Source: Syntrophales bacterium
GTDB lineage: Bacteria; Desulfobacterota; Syntrophia; Syntrophales; UBA5619
Assembly: GCA_040765725.1 (NCBI GenBank)
Contig: JAXGRQ010000003.1
Coordinates: 11,409 to 75,408 of the forward strand
DNA length: 64,000 nt
Direction: 5' to 3'
The position numbers were made by a program, and so were the translations under genes. The notes under the pieces were generated by a model. The model searched no databases. It saw only the letters and a list, made by a program, of their open reading frames with translations, and was not told where the DNA came from. Positions 30,676 to 40,259 of the stretch are shown here, piece after piece. The stretch's first letter is position 1; every line of letters begins with the position of its first letter.

Positions 30676-30706
30676 AAAAAAAGCCTCATCGCCATAGACG
30701 AGAGGC
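30676..30706 (-). terminator. Terminator-like hairpin plus U7 between rsmA and panC
   Basis: Minus strand reads GCCTCTCG-tctatgg-CGA(T)GAGGC then TTTTTTT. The U-tract ends 14 nt before the panC ATG. Confidence 0.45.
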
Positions 30707-30813
30707 CCTTTCGGTATCAATGAATTCTCAAGCCGTATCGTCTCGGTCCGTTTCCGGATCCAAGCGCGGTTCCCCTTTAACAGTTGCACTCCCGAATGTC
30801 AAGCCTTTTCAAG

Positions 30814-31671
30814 TCATTCCCCCCGACTCTCTCTGTGCTGAACGGCAATTCGACCGGGGTCGTTGACGGCACCGCTTTCGGTCCATGCCCTGGTCAACCG
30901 GCAAAAATCATCCACCGACAGTGTTTCCGCCCTTCTTGTCCGGTCAATGCCGCTTTTGTCGAATATCATCGCGGCGGTTGCATCCGGAAGACCGGTACGA
31001 CGGAGGTTGTTCCACAGGGTTTTCCTTCGTTGTGCAAAAGACATCCTCACAATTTGATCGAACAGCGGCTCGGAAAATGGAAACTTCCCTTCCCGAAATG
31101 TGAACCGCAGGATTGATGAAGAAACGCCGGGCACCGGATAAAAACAGGCCGGGGGAACATTCAAAATGCAATCGACTATTGCCCGACTCGCCACCATGAC
31201 CGACGGCAATCCATACTGTTTCGTTCCCGGAATGGCCATAATCCGGTCCGCCAGTTCCTTCTGAAACATCAATGTCATGGCGGAAATCGATCGTCTAAAT
31301 TCGAGCAAACGAAAAAGAATCGGCGTGGAGATGTGGTAGGGGATGTTTCCGACGACCTTGATTTTTCCACCCCGGCAGGCAGAGGAAAAATCATAATCAA
31401 GGACATCCATTCCGAGAACCTCCACACTCTCCTTTCCTTCAAAACGGTTGCGCAATGCCTTTTCAAGCCGTGCGTCGATTTCGATGGCGATGACCTTTTC
31501 GGCTTTTTCCGCCAGTTTTTCCGTCAGCAGGCCGAGACCGGCACCGATTTCAACAATCGTCTGATCGCCGCCAGGATCCGCGATCTCGACAATCTTGCGG
31601 ATGATATTCACATCCTTCAGAAAGGACTGCCCCAACCTTTTTTGGGGACGAATCTGATAATGGTCCAGCAT
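30814..31671 (-). CDS. rsmA: 16S rRNA (adenine1518/1519-N6)-dimethyltransferase
   Basis: RPQKRLGQSFLKD...VEIGAGLGLLT...NIPYHISTPILF. The ORF-track 451-aa form is an N-terminal read-through across the DUF2062 gene in another frame. Confidence 0.9.
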   Translation of the reverse strand: MLDHYQIRPQKRLGQSFLKDVNIIRKIVEIADPGGDQTIVEIGAGLGLLTEKLAEKAEKVIAIEIDARLEKALRNRFEGKESVEVLGMDVLDYDFSSACRGGKIKVVGNIPYHISTPILFRLLEFRRSISAMTLMFQKELADRIMAIPGTKQYGLPSVMVASRAIVDCILNVPPACFYPVPGVSSSILRFTFREGKFPFSEPLFDQIVRMSFAQRRKTLWNNLRRTGLPDATAAMIFDKSGIDRTRRAETLSVDDFCRLTRAWTESGAVNDPGRIAVQHRESRGE

Positions 31672-31685
31672 CTTCCGGACGGAGA

Positions 31686-32135
31686 TCACGGCATCCCCCG
31701 ATTTCTGAACGCTTTGGCCAATCGATATGCGATCCAATACGCAAGGATGGAAAAGAATGGGGCCATCAGAATCCCTCCCGTCAAAAGGGGGATCATAATT
31801 TGCGAGCCCAGCGTCGTAACGGTGTTGAAGGTATAATCGTGAAACTCGAAATGACAACGCTCCATTCCCAGCAGAAGGCGGCCGAGTTCGTACTGCGATC
31901 CATAAAACAGCGGAATGGTCAGCGGATTGGATATCACCCAAGAACCGAGGTAACCGGCTGTCAGGTTTTGACGGAATAGGAAGCTGATCAGGATAATGAT
32001 CACCGTATGAAACGGAATGGTCGGGGTGACACCGACAAAAACACCCAGCGCGATTCCCGAGGCGATTCGCGCCGGTTCTCCTTGAAGGCTGATAAACTTC
32101 TCGTAGAAGGTCGCGAATCGTTTTTTCAGGATCAT
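31686..32135 (-). CDS. DUF2062-family membrane protein
   Basis: 149 aa, about 4 TM segments, ...PARIASGIALGVFVGVTPTIPFHTVIIILISFLFR... pattern. Confidence 0.7.
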   Translation of the reverse strand: MILKKRFATFYEKFISLQGEPARIASGIALGVFVGVTPTIPFHTVIIILISFLFRQNLTAGYLGSWVISNPLTIPLFYGSQYELGRLLLGMERCHFEFHDYTFNTVTTLGSQIMIPLLTGGILMAPFFSILAYWIAYRLAKAFRNRGMP

Positions 32136-33139
32136 GGCTGAACCGCAAGGGGCCAGCGCGAAACGGCATTCAGGTTCAAATCCTCCGTTCGGCCCGCCCT
32201 GATGAGGTATGTTCCGACCGTGGCGATCATGGCGGCGTTATCCGTGCAAAATACGGGAGGAGGAATGAAAACCTCCATTCCCGCGTCGGCCGCATCCGAC
32301 AGGAAACGTTCACGGAGGCGGCTGTTTGCAGCAACCCCGCCGCATACGACGATTCGGGTCGCTGAAATCTGCGCGGCAGCTCGAAGGGTCTTCTCCACCA
32401 AAACGTCGCAAATGGCCTCCTGATACGATGCCGTCAGATCGGGCAATTCTTCGGATGAAAAAGGAACTTTCCGTTTTTTGAGACAGGAGAGTAGGGAGGT
32501 CTTGAGGCCGCTGAAACTAAAATCCAGGCTGTCCCGCATCGCCCTTGGGAAGGGAAATGCCTTGTGGTTGCCCTGCCTGGCAATCCGGTCAATCATCACG
32601 CCTCCCGGGTAGCCGATCCCCAGGAGTTTTGCGGCCTTGTCGAAGGCCTCGCCGGCCGCGTCATCCCTCGTCTGGCCCAGCACGGAGAATCGCTGAAAAT
32701 CCTCGACCCGGTAAATGGTCGTATGTCCGCCCGAAACCACCAGTGCGACAAAAGGAAAAGTCGGTGGATTTTCCATCAGGAAGGACGCCGCTACGTGTCC
32801 CTCGAGATGATTGACCCCGACCAGCGGCAAACGTTGCGAAAATGCGAGTGCCTTGGCCACCGACAATCCGACAAGAAGGGATCCGATCAGCCCCGGACCT
32901 CTCGTCACGGCAACGGCGTCAATCCCGTCAAGGGAGGTGCCTGCATCCTCCAGGGCCTGCAGGATTACCGGAATGATCGCTTCGATATGTTTGCGCGACG
33001 CGATTTCGGGAACAACGCCTCCGTAACGTTCATGCACCTTGATCTGCGACGCAATCACATTGGAAAGGGCAACTGTCCCGTCCACGACCACCGAAGCCGC
33101 CGTTTCGTCGCAGGAGGTTTCTATACCCAGAACAACCAT
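32132..33139 (-). CDS. tsaD: tRNA N6-adenosine threonylcarbamoyltransferase
   Basis: VLGIETSCDETAASVV..., VNHLEGH, GGVAAN motifs. ATG 33139 preferred (GGGAG RBS) over TTG 33154. Confidence 0.92.
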   Translation of the reverse strand: MVVLGIETSCDETAASVVVDGTVALSNVIASQIKVHERYGGVVPEIASRKHIEAIIPVILQALEDAGTSLDGIDAVAVTRGPGLIGSLLVGLSVAKALAFSQRLPLVGVNHLEGHVAASFLMENPPTFPFVALVVSGGHTTIYRVEDFQRFSVLGQTRDDAAGEAFDKAAKLLGIGYPGGVMIDRIARQGNHKAFPFPRAMRDSLDFSFSGLKTSLLSCLKKRKVPFSSEELPDLTASYQEAICDVLVEKTLRAAAQISATRIVVCGGVAANSRLRERFLSDAADAGMEVFIPPPVFCTDNAAMIATVGTYLIRAGRTEDLNLNAVSRWPLAVQP

Positions 33140-33166
33140 CAAACCGACTCCCAAGCAGATTTTCTT

Positions 33167-33211
33167 TTACAAATGACGCGAAAATATATATAAAAATCGC
33201 CATATTTGTAA
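33167..33211. promoter_or_regulatory. 45-bp imperfect palindrome in the tsaD-nadB divergent region
   Basis: TTACAAAT...(29 nt, AT-rich, inner GCGA/TCGC)...ATTTGTAA. The outer 8-bp arms are perfect. Confidence 0.3.
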
Positions 33212-33237
33212 ACAAACATTTCAGGACATAGACAACC

Positions 33238-34851
33238 ATGGAAATCCATACCGATTTTCTTGTTTTGGGCACCGGCATCGCCGGTTTGAGCTTTGCGATC
33301 AAGGCGGCGGAGCTGGGCACCGTCGCGATGGTCACCAAGAAGGACAAAACCGACTCGAATACCAATCTGGCCCAGGGCGGAATCGCCGTCGTCCAGGATC
33401 GGACGGACCGTTTCGAGTATCACATCGAAGACACCCTGACCTGTGGGGCAGGCCTCTCGAATGAAAAAGTCGTCCGTTTTGTGGTATCGGAAGGCCCGGA
33501 CAGGCTTCGCGAACTGGTGAAATGGGGCGTCGAATTCACCCGTTCCGATGCGGATCCGGCTTGCTTCGATCTGGGCCGTGAGGGTGGCCACTCCCAAAGG
33601 AGGGTTGTACATGCCCGGGATCTGACAGGGCAGGAGATCGAGCGGGCTTTACACAAGATGGCGGCAAAGAATGACCGGATCCGAATCTTCGAGAACCATA
33701 TTGCGATAGATCTGGTCATGAAATCTGCCGCCCTCGGCAGGAGGATCGAGCCCGACCGATGCCTCGGCGCCTATGTGCTGGATATCCCATCCGGTCAAGT
33801 CCTTACGTTTCGGGCAAAATTCGTCATGCTGTCCACCGGGGGCGCAGGCAAGGTTTATCTGATCACGACAAATCCCGACATCGCCACGGCGGATGGAATC
33901 GCAATAGCGTACCGGGCCGGCGCAAAAATCGCCAACATGGAGTTCATTCAATTTCACCCGACCTGCCTTTTCCATCCGGCGGCCAAATCTTTCCTCATCA
34001 GCGAGGCGGTGCGCGGAGAGGGGGGGATTCTCAAGCTCAAAAACGGCTGCACGTTCATGGAAAAATATCATCCCATGAAAAGTCTTGCGCCGCGGGACGT
34101 GGTTGCCAAGGCAATCGATACCGAGTTGAAAAAATCCGGGGAGGATTGCGTCCTGCTCGACATCACTCATCGTGACCGAGATTTCCTTCTGTCTCGTTTT
34201 CCGAACATTTATGAAAAGTGTTTCGAATATGGGATCGACATGACGAAAGACCCCGTACCGGTCGTTCCCGCCGAACACTACCTTTGCGGCGGGGTCATCG
34301 TGAATGAGATGGGGGAAACAAGCATTCCGGGCCTTTTTGCGTGTGGAGAGGTTTCCTGCACGGGGTTACACGGCGCAAATCGTCTGGCCAGCAATTCCCT
34401 GCTGGAAGCGATCGTCTTCGCGCACCGTTCCTTCCTGCGCATCGTCGACCTCCTTCCCGCTGTGGAGGTGGATTCCGTCGATGTCCCGCCCTGGGACCCC
34501 CGGGGAGCCACTGAAAGCGACGAGTCCATCGTCGTGTCGCACAACTGGGATGAAATCCGCCGATGCATGTGGAACTATGTCGGAATTGTTCGTTCCGACA
34601 AACGGCTTGAAAGGGCGCAACGGCGGATTGATCTCATCAACCGGGAGATCGAAGAATATTATCGGAATTTCATTGTCACGCGGGATCTTCTGGAGCTGAG
34701 AAACATTGCGTTGGCCGCAAAACTGATCGTCGTCTGCGCCCGGATGCGCAAGGAAAGCCGGGGGCTCCATTACAACCTGGACTATCCCGAGAAAAATGAC
34801 CGGGTCTGGCTGAAGGACACGGTCGTCTCCCGGGAGGAACTCTGGCGCTGA
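33238..34851 (+). CDS. nadB: L-aspartate oxidase
   Basis: 537 aa, DFLVLGTGIAGLSFA..., succinate DH/fumarate reductase flavoprotein-like core, RLASNSLLE. Confidence 0.9.
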   Translation: MEIHTDFLVLGTGIAGLSFAIKAAELGTVAMVTKKDKTDSNTNLAQGGIAVVQDRTDRFEYHIEDTLTCGAGLSNEKVVRFVVSEGPDRLRELVKWGVEFTRSDADPACFDLGREGGHSQRRVVHARDLTGQEIERALHKMAAKNDRIRIFENHIAIDLVMKSAALGRRIEPDRCLGAYVLDIPSGQVLTFRAKFVMLSTGGAGKVYLITTNPDIATADGIAIAYRAGAKIANMEFIQFHPTCLFHPAAKSFLISEAVRGEGGILKLKNGCTFMEKYHPMKSLAPRDVVAKAIDTELKKSGEDCVLLDITHRDRDFLLSRFPNIYEKCFEYGIDMTKDPVPVVPAEHYLCGGVIVNEMGETSIPGLFACGEVSCTGLHGANRLASNSLLEAIVFAHRSFLRIVDLLPAVEVDSVDVPPWDPRGATESDESIVVSHNWDEIRRCMWNYVGIVRSDKRLERAQRRIDLINREIEEYYRNFIVTRDLLELRNIALAAKLIVVCARMRKESRGLHYNLDYPEKNDRVWLKDTVVSREELWR

Positions 34852-34855
34852 CGAT

Positions 34856-36157
34856 TCAGGGTCGGCTCCTGAAAACCCGATCGAAGATGAAATCCACCTT
34901 TTTCAGGAAATGGCCGATCTGGAATGCGTCGTCAAGATCTTCCGTCTTGACTCGGGAGCTCACCTCCGGATCCTGCAGCAGCAGCTCCTTGAATTCGAGC
35001 CCCTCCTGCCAGGACCGCATGGCGTTTCGCTGGACAACGGCATAGGCTTCCTCGCGGGTAACCCCCTTTTCGATCAGCTTCAACAGAACGGTCTGCGAGA
35101 AGATCACCCCCCTTGTCATGCCGATATTGGCAAGCATTCTCTCCGGATAAACGACAAGATGATCGATCAGTCCGGTGAATCGATTCAGCATGAAGTCGAG
35201 AAGGATTGTCGCATCGGGACCGATCACCCTCTCCACGGACGAATGGCTGATATCCCTTTCGTGCCAAAGGGCCATATCCTCCAGCGCCGCCACGGCATAG
35301 GAACGCATCAGCCGGGACAGACCGGAAAGGTTCTCCGACAGCACCGGGTTGCGCTTGTGGGGCATGGCGGAAGATCCCTTCTGCCCCGGCGAAAAATACT
35401 CCTCGGCTTCACGAACCTCGGTCCTCTGAAGAAGCCGGATCTCTTGCGCAAACTTGTCTATGGACGATGCAATGATGGCGAGTGTCGAGAAATACTCTGC
35501 ATGACGGTCACGCTGAACGATCTGCGAAGAGGCAGGCGCCGGCTTCAGCGACAGCATTTCACAGACATACTCTTCAATGGCCGGATCGACAAATGAAAAG
35601 GTCCCCACCGCTCCGGAAAGTTTCCCGACGCTGATCGTGTCCCTTGCCCGGACCAACCGATCCCGGTTCCTCTGCATTTCCGCATACCAGAGGCACATCT
35701 TGAGACCGAAGGTGATCGGCTCCGCATGGATCCCATGTGAACGTCCGATCATGGGTGTGTTTCGATGTTTCAAGGCCATTTTTCGAAGCGCCGCCAGCAG
35801 CAGATCCAGATCCTCGATCAGTATACCCGCTGCCTCTCGCAAAAGCAGCGCCAACGAGGTATCCAGAATGTCGGAGGAGGTCAATCCCCGATGAATGAAA
35901 CGGCCGTCCTCGCCGACCTTTTCCGTGACCGAAGTGAGAAAGGCGATCACATCGTGTTTTGTCGTTTTTTCGATTTCATCGATTCTTGCGACATCGAAAG
36001 CGGCCTTTTCCCGGATATTCCTCAACGATTCGTCCGGAATTTCGCCCCGCTTTGCCATGGCCTCACAGGCCAGGATTTCGATATCCAACCACTTTCGGTA
36101 ACGGTTTTCCGGACTCCAGATCGCTTCCATCCTCTCTCGTGAATACCGGCTGATCAA
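34856..36157 (-). CDS. purB: Adenylosuccinate lyase
   Basis: ISRYSRERMEAIWSPE..., GSSAMPHKRNP signature. TTG 36157 preferred (AAGGAGG 8 nt upstream) over the ORF-track start 36178. Confidence 0.9.
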   Translation of the reverse strand: MISRYSRERMEAIWSPENRYRKWLDIEILACEAMAKRGEIPDESLRNIREKAAFDVARIDEIEKTTKHDVIAFLTSVTEKVGEDGRFIHRGLTSSDILDTSLALLLREAAGILIEDLDLLLAALRKMALKHRNTPMIGRSHGIHAEPITFGLKMCLWYAEMQRNRDRLVRARDTISVGKLSGAVGTFSFVDPAIEEYVCEMLSLKPAPASSQIVQRDRHAEYFSTLAIIASSIDKFAQEIRLLQRTEVREAEEYFSPGQKGSSAMPHKRNPVLSENLSGLSRLMRSYAVAALEDMALWHERDISHSSVERVIGPDATILLDFMLNRFTGLIDHLVVYPERMLANIGMTRGVIFSQTVLLKLIEKGVTREEAYAVVQRNAMRSWQEGLEFKELLLQDPEVSSRVKTEDLDDAFQIGHFLKKVDFIFDRVFRSRP

Positions 36158-36296
36158 CCTTTGATTCCTCCTTTTCAAAACATGGAAAACGGATGGTTCT
36201 GCAATTCATCGTCCATGGTTTTTGAATTCTTCAACGAATGGTCCTTCTTGCTTTAGACATTTATTATGGCTTTGATTTAGAGTCAAGAAATTAACT

Positions 36297-36310
36297 TGTG
36301 ACCTGTCACA
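36297..36310. promoter_or_regulatory. Inverted repeat TGTGAC-ct-GTCACA
   Basis: Perfect 6-bp arms, 20 nt upstream of the -35 candidate, in the purB / FAD-enzyme divergent region. Confidence 0.3.
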
Positions 36311-36329
36311 CTCTCCTGTTAAAATCCTC

Positions 36330-36358
36330 TTGACATCGAAGGTGACGTTCCGTATCGT
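36330..36358 (+). promoter_or_regulatory. Sigma70-type promoter candidate for the FAD-enzyme/permease pair
   Basis: TTGACA (36330-36335), 17-nt spacer, TATCGT (36353-36358). About 110 nt upstream of ATG 36468. Confidence 0.4.
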
Positions 36359-36467
36359 CTGGCCGGCGAGCTTCTAATCCTTATTAACATAATCATACCA
36401 GCCTCATTCACAAGTTCCGAGAGAAAAAGATAGAAAGGATGCCTCAAAGCATTCCGGAGAGGACCCC

Positions 36468-37748
36468 ATGAAGGTTGCCGTCATCGGAGCGGGTTGGGCG
36501 GGATGCGCTGCCGCCCTCTCCGCCAGAAAACAGGGCGCCGAGGTCACCCTTATCGAGCGCACGGACATGCTTTTAGGCACGGGGCTCGTGGGCGGGATCA
36601 TGCGCAACAACGGCCGTTTCACCGCCGCCGAAGAGATGCTCGCCATGGGAGGGGGCGATCTCTTCGGACTGACGGACGCCAACTCCCTCCACCGCAACAT
36701 CGAGTTTCCCGGACATCCGCACGCGTCGCTCTACAACGTGGCCACGATGGAACCCATCGTCCGGGCCTTCCTGGAATCCAAGGGAGTCGAAATCCGGATG
36801 GCCACCCGCGTCAACGACGTGGCAATGAAGGACGGCGCCATTGCCGCCATTCTCGGCAAGGAAGGAGACGAGACGGTCCGTTTTTCGGCCGGCGCCTATG
36901 TCGATGCAACGGGGACGGCGGGCCCGCCCGGCCAGTGTACGAAGTACGGAAACGGCTGCGTTCTCTGTGTTCTTCGCTGCCTGACTTTCGGGGGTCGGGC
37001 AAGCGTCACGGCCCTCTGCGGCGTTCGTGAACTCGTAGGCAAAAAAGGAAGCCAGATCGGCGCCATGAGCGGGTCCTGCAAACTCCTGAAGGAGTCTCTC
37101 TCGACGGACATTGTCGGGGAACTGAACCGCAAAGGGGTTGCCGTCATCCCCATTCCCGTTTCGCTGCAGAAGGAAGTGCAGACTTCGATCAAGGCCTGCC
37201 AACAGTACGCCATTCCTGAATTCAAGGCGAATCTCGTCCTGCTCGACACGGGGCACGCCAAGCTCATGGTCCCCTTCTTCCCGCTGGCGGCCCTGCGGAA
37301 AATCGAGGGGTTTGAGTATGCACGCTACGAAGATCCCTATGCCGGGGGGATGGGCAACTCCATACGTTACGTGGGCATGTCGCCGCGGGACGACGGCCTG
37401 AAGGTGCAGGGGGTCGAAAATCTCTTCTGTGCGGGGGAAAAGGCGGGCCTGCTTGTGGGACATACGGAGGCGATTGTCACGGGAACTCTCGCAGGTTTCA
37501 ATGCCGTCCGGCTTATCCGGGGCGATCGGCCTTTGGTCCTTCCGCGTTCTCTGGCGGCGGGCGATGCCATCGGATTTGTGCGGGAACAGATGGCCACTGA
37601 AGAGGGTCTTGGCTGCAAGTTCACTTTTTCAGGTTCGGTGTATTTCGAAAGAATGAAGGAAATGGGCCTCTACACAATGGAGCGTGCCGCCGTTTTGAAA
37701 AGGGTGAACAAGGCCGGTCTTCTCGATATTTTCAAAGGAGGGAATTGA
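36468..37748 (+). CDS. FAD-dependent oxidoreductase, GidA/TrmFO-like fold, with an internal Cys cluster
   Basis: MKVAVIGAGWAGCAAALSA dinucleotide fold, CTKYGNGCVLCVLRC cysteine cluster, C-terminal AGEKAGLLVGHTEAIVTGTLAGFNAV (GidA/TrmFO-like). Confidence 0.65.
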   Translation: MKVAVIGAGWAGCAAALSARKQGAEVTLIERTDMLLGTGLVGGIMRNNGRFTAAEEMLAMGGGDLFGLTDANSLHRNIEFPGHPHASLYNVATMEPIVRAFLESKGVEIRMATRVNDVAMKDGAIAAILGKEGDETVRFSAGAYVDATGTAGPPGQCTKYGNGCVLCVLRCLTFGGRASVTALCGVRELVGKKGSQIGAMSGSCKLLKESLSTDIVGELNRKGVAVIPIPVSLQKEVQTSIKACQQYAIPEFKANLVLLDTGHAKLMVPFFPLAALRKIEGFEYARYEDPYAGGMGNSIRYVGMSPRDDGLKVQGVENLFCAGEKAGLLVGHTEAIVTGTLAGFNAVRLIRGDRPLVLPRSLAAGDAIGFVREQMATEEGLGCKFTFSGSVYFERMKEMGLYTMERAAVLKRVNKAGLLDIFKGGN

Positions 37749-37749
37749 C

Positions 37750-39141
37750 ATGGAACTGACGTTTGCGCACTGGGTCTATGCTTTTTTCATCGTCGTCGTG
37801 CTCGTCACCATGGCCATGCGGAAGGAGACGCCCATTGTCTGCATTGTCGCTTCCCTCGTACTGGCCTGGGTGGTTACCGGCAGCTTTGTCAAAGCCGTTC
37901 AGGCGGTGTTCAACTCCCTGACCGTTGCCTTCACCGAACTGCTGGGGATCATCGCTATCATCTCCATTATCGTTGCGATGGCGAAGATGTTGGAAGAAAT
38001 CGGTATTGCCGAGATGATGTTTCGGCCGGTGCAGAAGATGCTTGTCTCGCCGGCGGTGGCCTTCTGGGTCATGGGGGTCGTCATCATGCTCGTGGCCTGG
38101 GTTCTCTGGCCTTCCCCGGCCATCGCGCTCGTGGGGGCTCTTCTGCTCCCGGCGGCGATCAAGGCGGGCCTCTCGCCCATCAACGCCGCCATGGCCATCA
38201 GCATGTTCGGCTACGGCTGCGCGCTGACGACGGACTTCATCATCCAGGGCGCGCCGGGGATCACCGCCAAGGCGGCCGGGATCACCGTCGACACCGTCAT
38301 GTGGAAAAGCTTTCCGCTGATGCTGATCTGGGCCGTCATCGCGCTGCCCCTTTCTTTCAGGTCCGTCAGACGGGACATCCGGGCCAACGGGGGAAGGCCC
38401 ATTGAGTGGGCCCCCTTCGAGCTCTCCGCGGAGGCGGCCAAGGAGAGGGAGAAATGGCAGTCCGCAAACCCGGGATTCAAGAAAATCGCGCTGCCCGTCA
38501 TTGCCGCTCTCTTCGCGCTCGACGTGGTGGGAATGCTCGTTCTGAAGCTTCGCGGGGGTGACGCGACGGCCCTTCTGGGAGGGACCGTCGGGATCGTCAT
38601 GGTTTTTGTCGCAATCGGGGGGTACGGTAAAGAAGGGTTCGAAAAGCTCACCGAGCATATCCGGGCGGGATTTCAGTTCGGCATCAAGATCTTCGCCCCG
38701 GTGCTGATCATCGCGGCCTTCTTCTTCATGGGCTCTCCCGGAACGGCCAAGGCGATCTTCGGGGACGGCGCCAAGGGGCTGCTGTTCGACCTGGGAAATG
38801 CTTTGGCGAATGCCGTCCCGCTGAGCGCCGTGCCGATCGCCATCATCCAGGCGGTGGTCGGGGGGATCACAGGCCTTGACGGATCGGGATTCTCGGGGCT
38901 GCCGCTTGTGGGCACCCTCGCACAGGCACTTGGCGGGCCCACACAGCTTGATGTGGCGACGCTCGGAGCGCTGGGCCAGTTCTTCGCAGTCGCCGTCGGA
39001 GGAGGGACGATCATCCCCTGGGCCCTGATCCCGGCGGCAGCCATCACCGGCTCAGACCCCATCGAGATCGCCCGCAGGAACCTGTGGCCCGCCATGGCCG
39101 GGTTTGTCGGGGTCATCATTGTGGCCATCTTCATGCTTTGA
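37750..39141 (+). CDS. Polytopic membrane permease of unknown specificity (ion-transporter-superfamily-like)
   Basis: 463 aa, at least 10 hydrophobic segments with a central hydrophilic loop. Start is 2 nt after the stop of the FAD enzyme gene. Confidence 0.6.
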   Translation: MELTFAHWVYAFFIVVVLVTMAMRKETPIVCIVASLVLAWVVTGSFVKAVQAVFNSLTVAFTELLGIIAIISIIVAMAKMLEEIGIAEMMFRPVQKMLVSPAVAFWVMGVVIMLVAWVLWPSPAIALVGALLLPAAIKAGLSPINAAMAISMFGYGCALTTDFIIQGAPGITAKAAGITVDTVMWKSFPLMLIWAVIALPLSFRSVRRDIRANGGRPIEWAPFELSAEAAKEREKWQSANPGFKKIALPVIAALFALDVVGMLVLKLRGGDATALLGGTVGIVMVFVAIGGYGKEGFEKLTEHIRAGFQFGIKIFAPVLIIAAFFFMGSPGTAKAIFGDGAKGLLFDLGNALANAVPLSAVPIAIIQAVVGGITGLDGSGFSGLPLVGTLAQALGGPTQLDVATLGALGQFFAVAVGGGTIIPWALIPAAAITGSDPIEIARRNLWPAMAGFVGVIIVAIFML

Positions 39142-39209
39142 TCATAGCAATGGGCTGAAGTTCATCCATTGCAGAGGCTATGGGGAGCACACAGAATTTC
39201 GTTGATCCC

Positions 39210-39653
39210 CTATTGAACCTCCACGAAATGGGAGCGGTCCACCCCTTCGAGAAGCTGAAGAGTTTTAACGCGAACCGCAAATACACTGGCTGCGCCTTTT
39301 TCGGCAAACTCCCGCAGGTGCGGATTCCTGTCGAGCAGCAGGGCCAGGATCTCCTTTTCCTTTTTCCCGTCGGCGATCTTCCGAAACTCACCGCTTACGG
39401 TCAGGGCCCGTATCCCCTCCCGTCTGCCGTCCGGTTCCTGCTCCCGGCTGTCGATCAGCAGACTGACCGAACCGTTTTGTTCGAGATTCCGATACTTCAT
39501 CGATCCCGGCCGCGTGATCATGTAGAACTCCCGACATTCGTCGTCGACGACGTAGGACATCAGAGAGCAGTGGGGTTTCCCCTCAAAAACCGTCGAAAGC
39601 ACGCAGACGTCGTTCGTCCGAATTAGGGAATGAATCGTTTCCAGAACGTCCAT
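39210..39653 (-). CDS. Pyridoxamine 5'-phosphate oxidase-like FMN-binding split-barrel protein
   Basis: VCVLSTVFEGKPHCSLMSY...VSLLIDSRE... pattern. ATG 39653 with GGGAGGTGGG RBS. Confidence 0.6.
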   Translation of the reverse strand: MDVLETIHSLIRTNDVCVLSTVFEGKPHCSLMSYVVDDECREFYMITRPGSMKYRNLEQNGSVSLLIDSREQEPDGRREGIRALTVSGEFRKIADGKKEKEILALLLDRNPHLREFAEKGAASVFAVRVKTLQLLEGVDRSHFVEVQ

Positions 39654-39719
39654 TTCTGATTTCCCACCTCCCATTCTATGGAGCCTTTGATTTTCATGGC
39701 TAACCAATCCCGAAAAGCG

Positions 39720-40259
39720 TCATCCATCCTCTGAAGGATCCGTGGTCGGGCTGCCCTTTCCAACAGGGGACGGCGTGAAAACCACTCCCAGCATACGAAT
39801 CAACCGTTGGTGCTCTTTTTGCGTAATCCACGAAACGCGGAGATAATTGGCGATCTCTTCATCATCCAGACCGATCCGTCTCGCTTCCCGGACAGTCAGC
39901 CGGTACGCCTCGATTTCGGTTTCACGGTCCACATAGGCCTTGCTCCGGTCGTACAGGTTGCGTCCCTCCATTTGTTGTTTGACATGGCACAGCTCGTGAA
40001 TGATGTCCAGATAGAGGAACTTGTCCGAGGCTTGAGATAGATGGGCCAGACCGATCGTTATGGAGCCGTCATCATTGCTTACAAACATCTCATGGGGCAT
40101 GTCCGCCACAACCACCCTGGTCTTTTCGATTACATCCTCGATCTCTTCCGGTCCGGCAAAGATATCGGATAAAACATCGCGGCTCCGGATATCGGGAAAG
40201 ATCTCCGCCAGCCGGTACTGTCCGGGCTTAGCATAGCGATGAATGCGAAAAGGTTTCAT
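39720..40259 (-). CDS. Hypothetical protein with HExxH zinc-metallopeptidase motif
   Basis: IIHELCHVKQQ (HExxH) followed by ETEIEAY about 25 aa downstream. No further family recognised. Confidence 0.5.
   Translation of the reverse strand: MKPFRIHRYAKPGQYRLAEIFPDIRSRDVLSDIFAGPEEIEDVIEKTRVVVADMPHEMFVSNDDGSITIGLAHLSQASDKFLYLDIIHELCHVKQQMEGRNLYDRSKAYVDRETEIEAYRLTVREARRIGLDDEEIANYLRVSWITQKEHQRLIRMLGVVFTPSPVGKGSPTTDPSEDG

Noticed and set aside
37732-38658. 308-aa minus-strand ORF rich in D/G/H/R/P
   Set aside because: It is antisense to the permease gene 37750-39141 and has a low-complexity composition.
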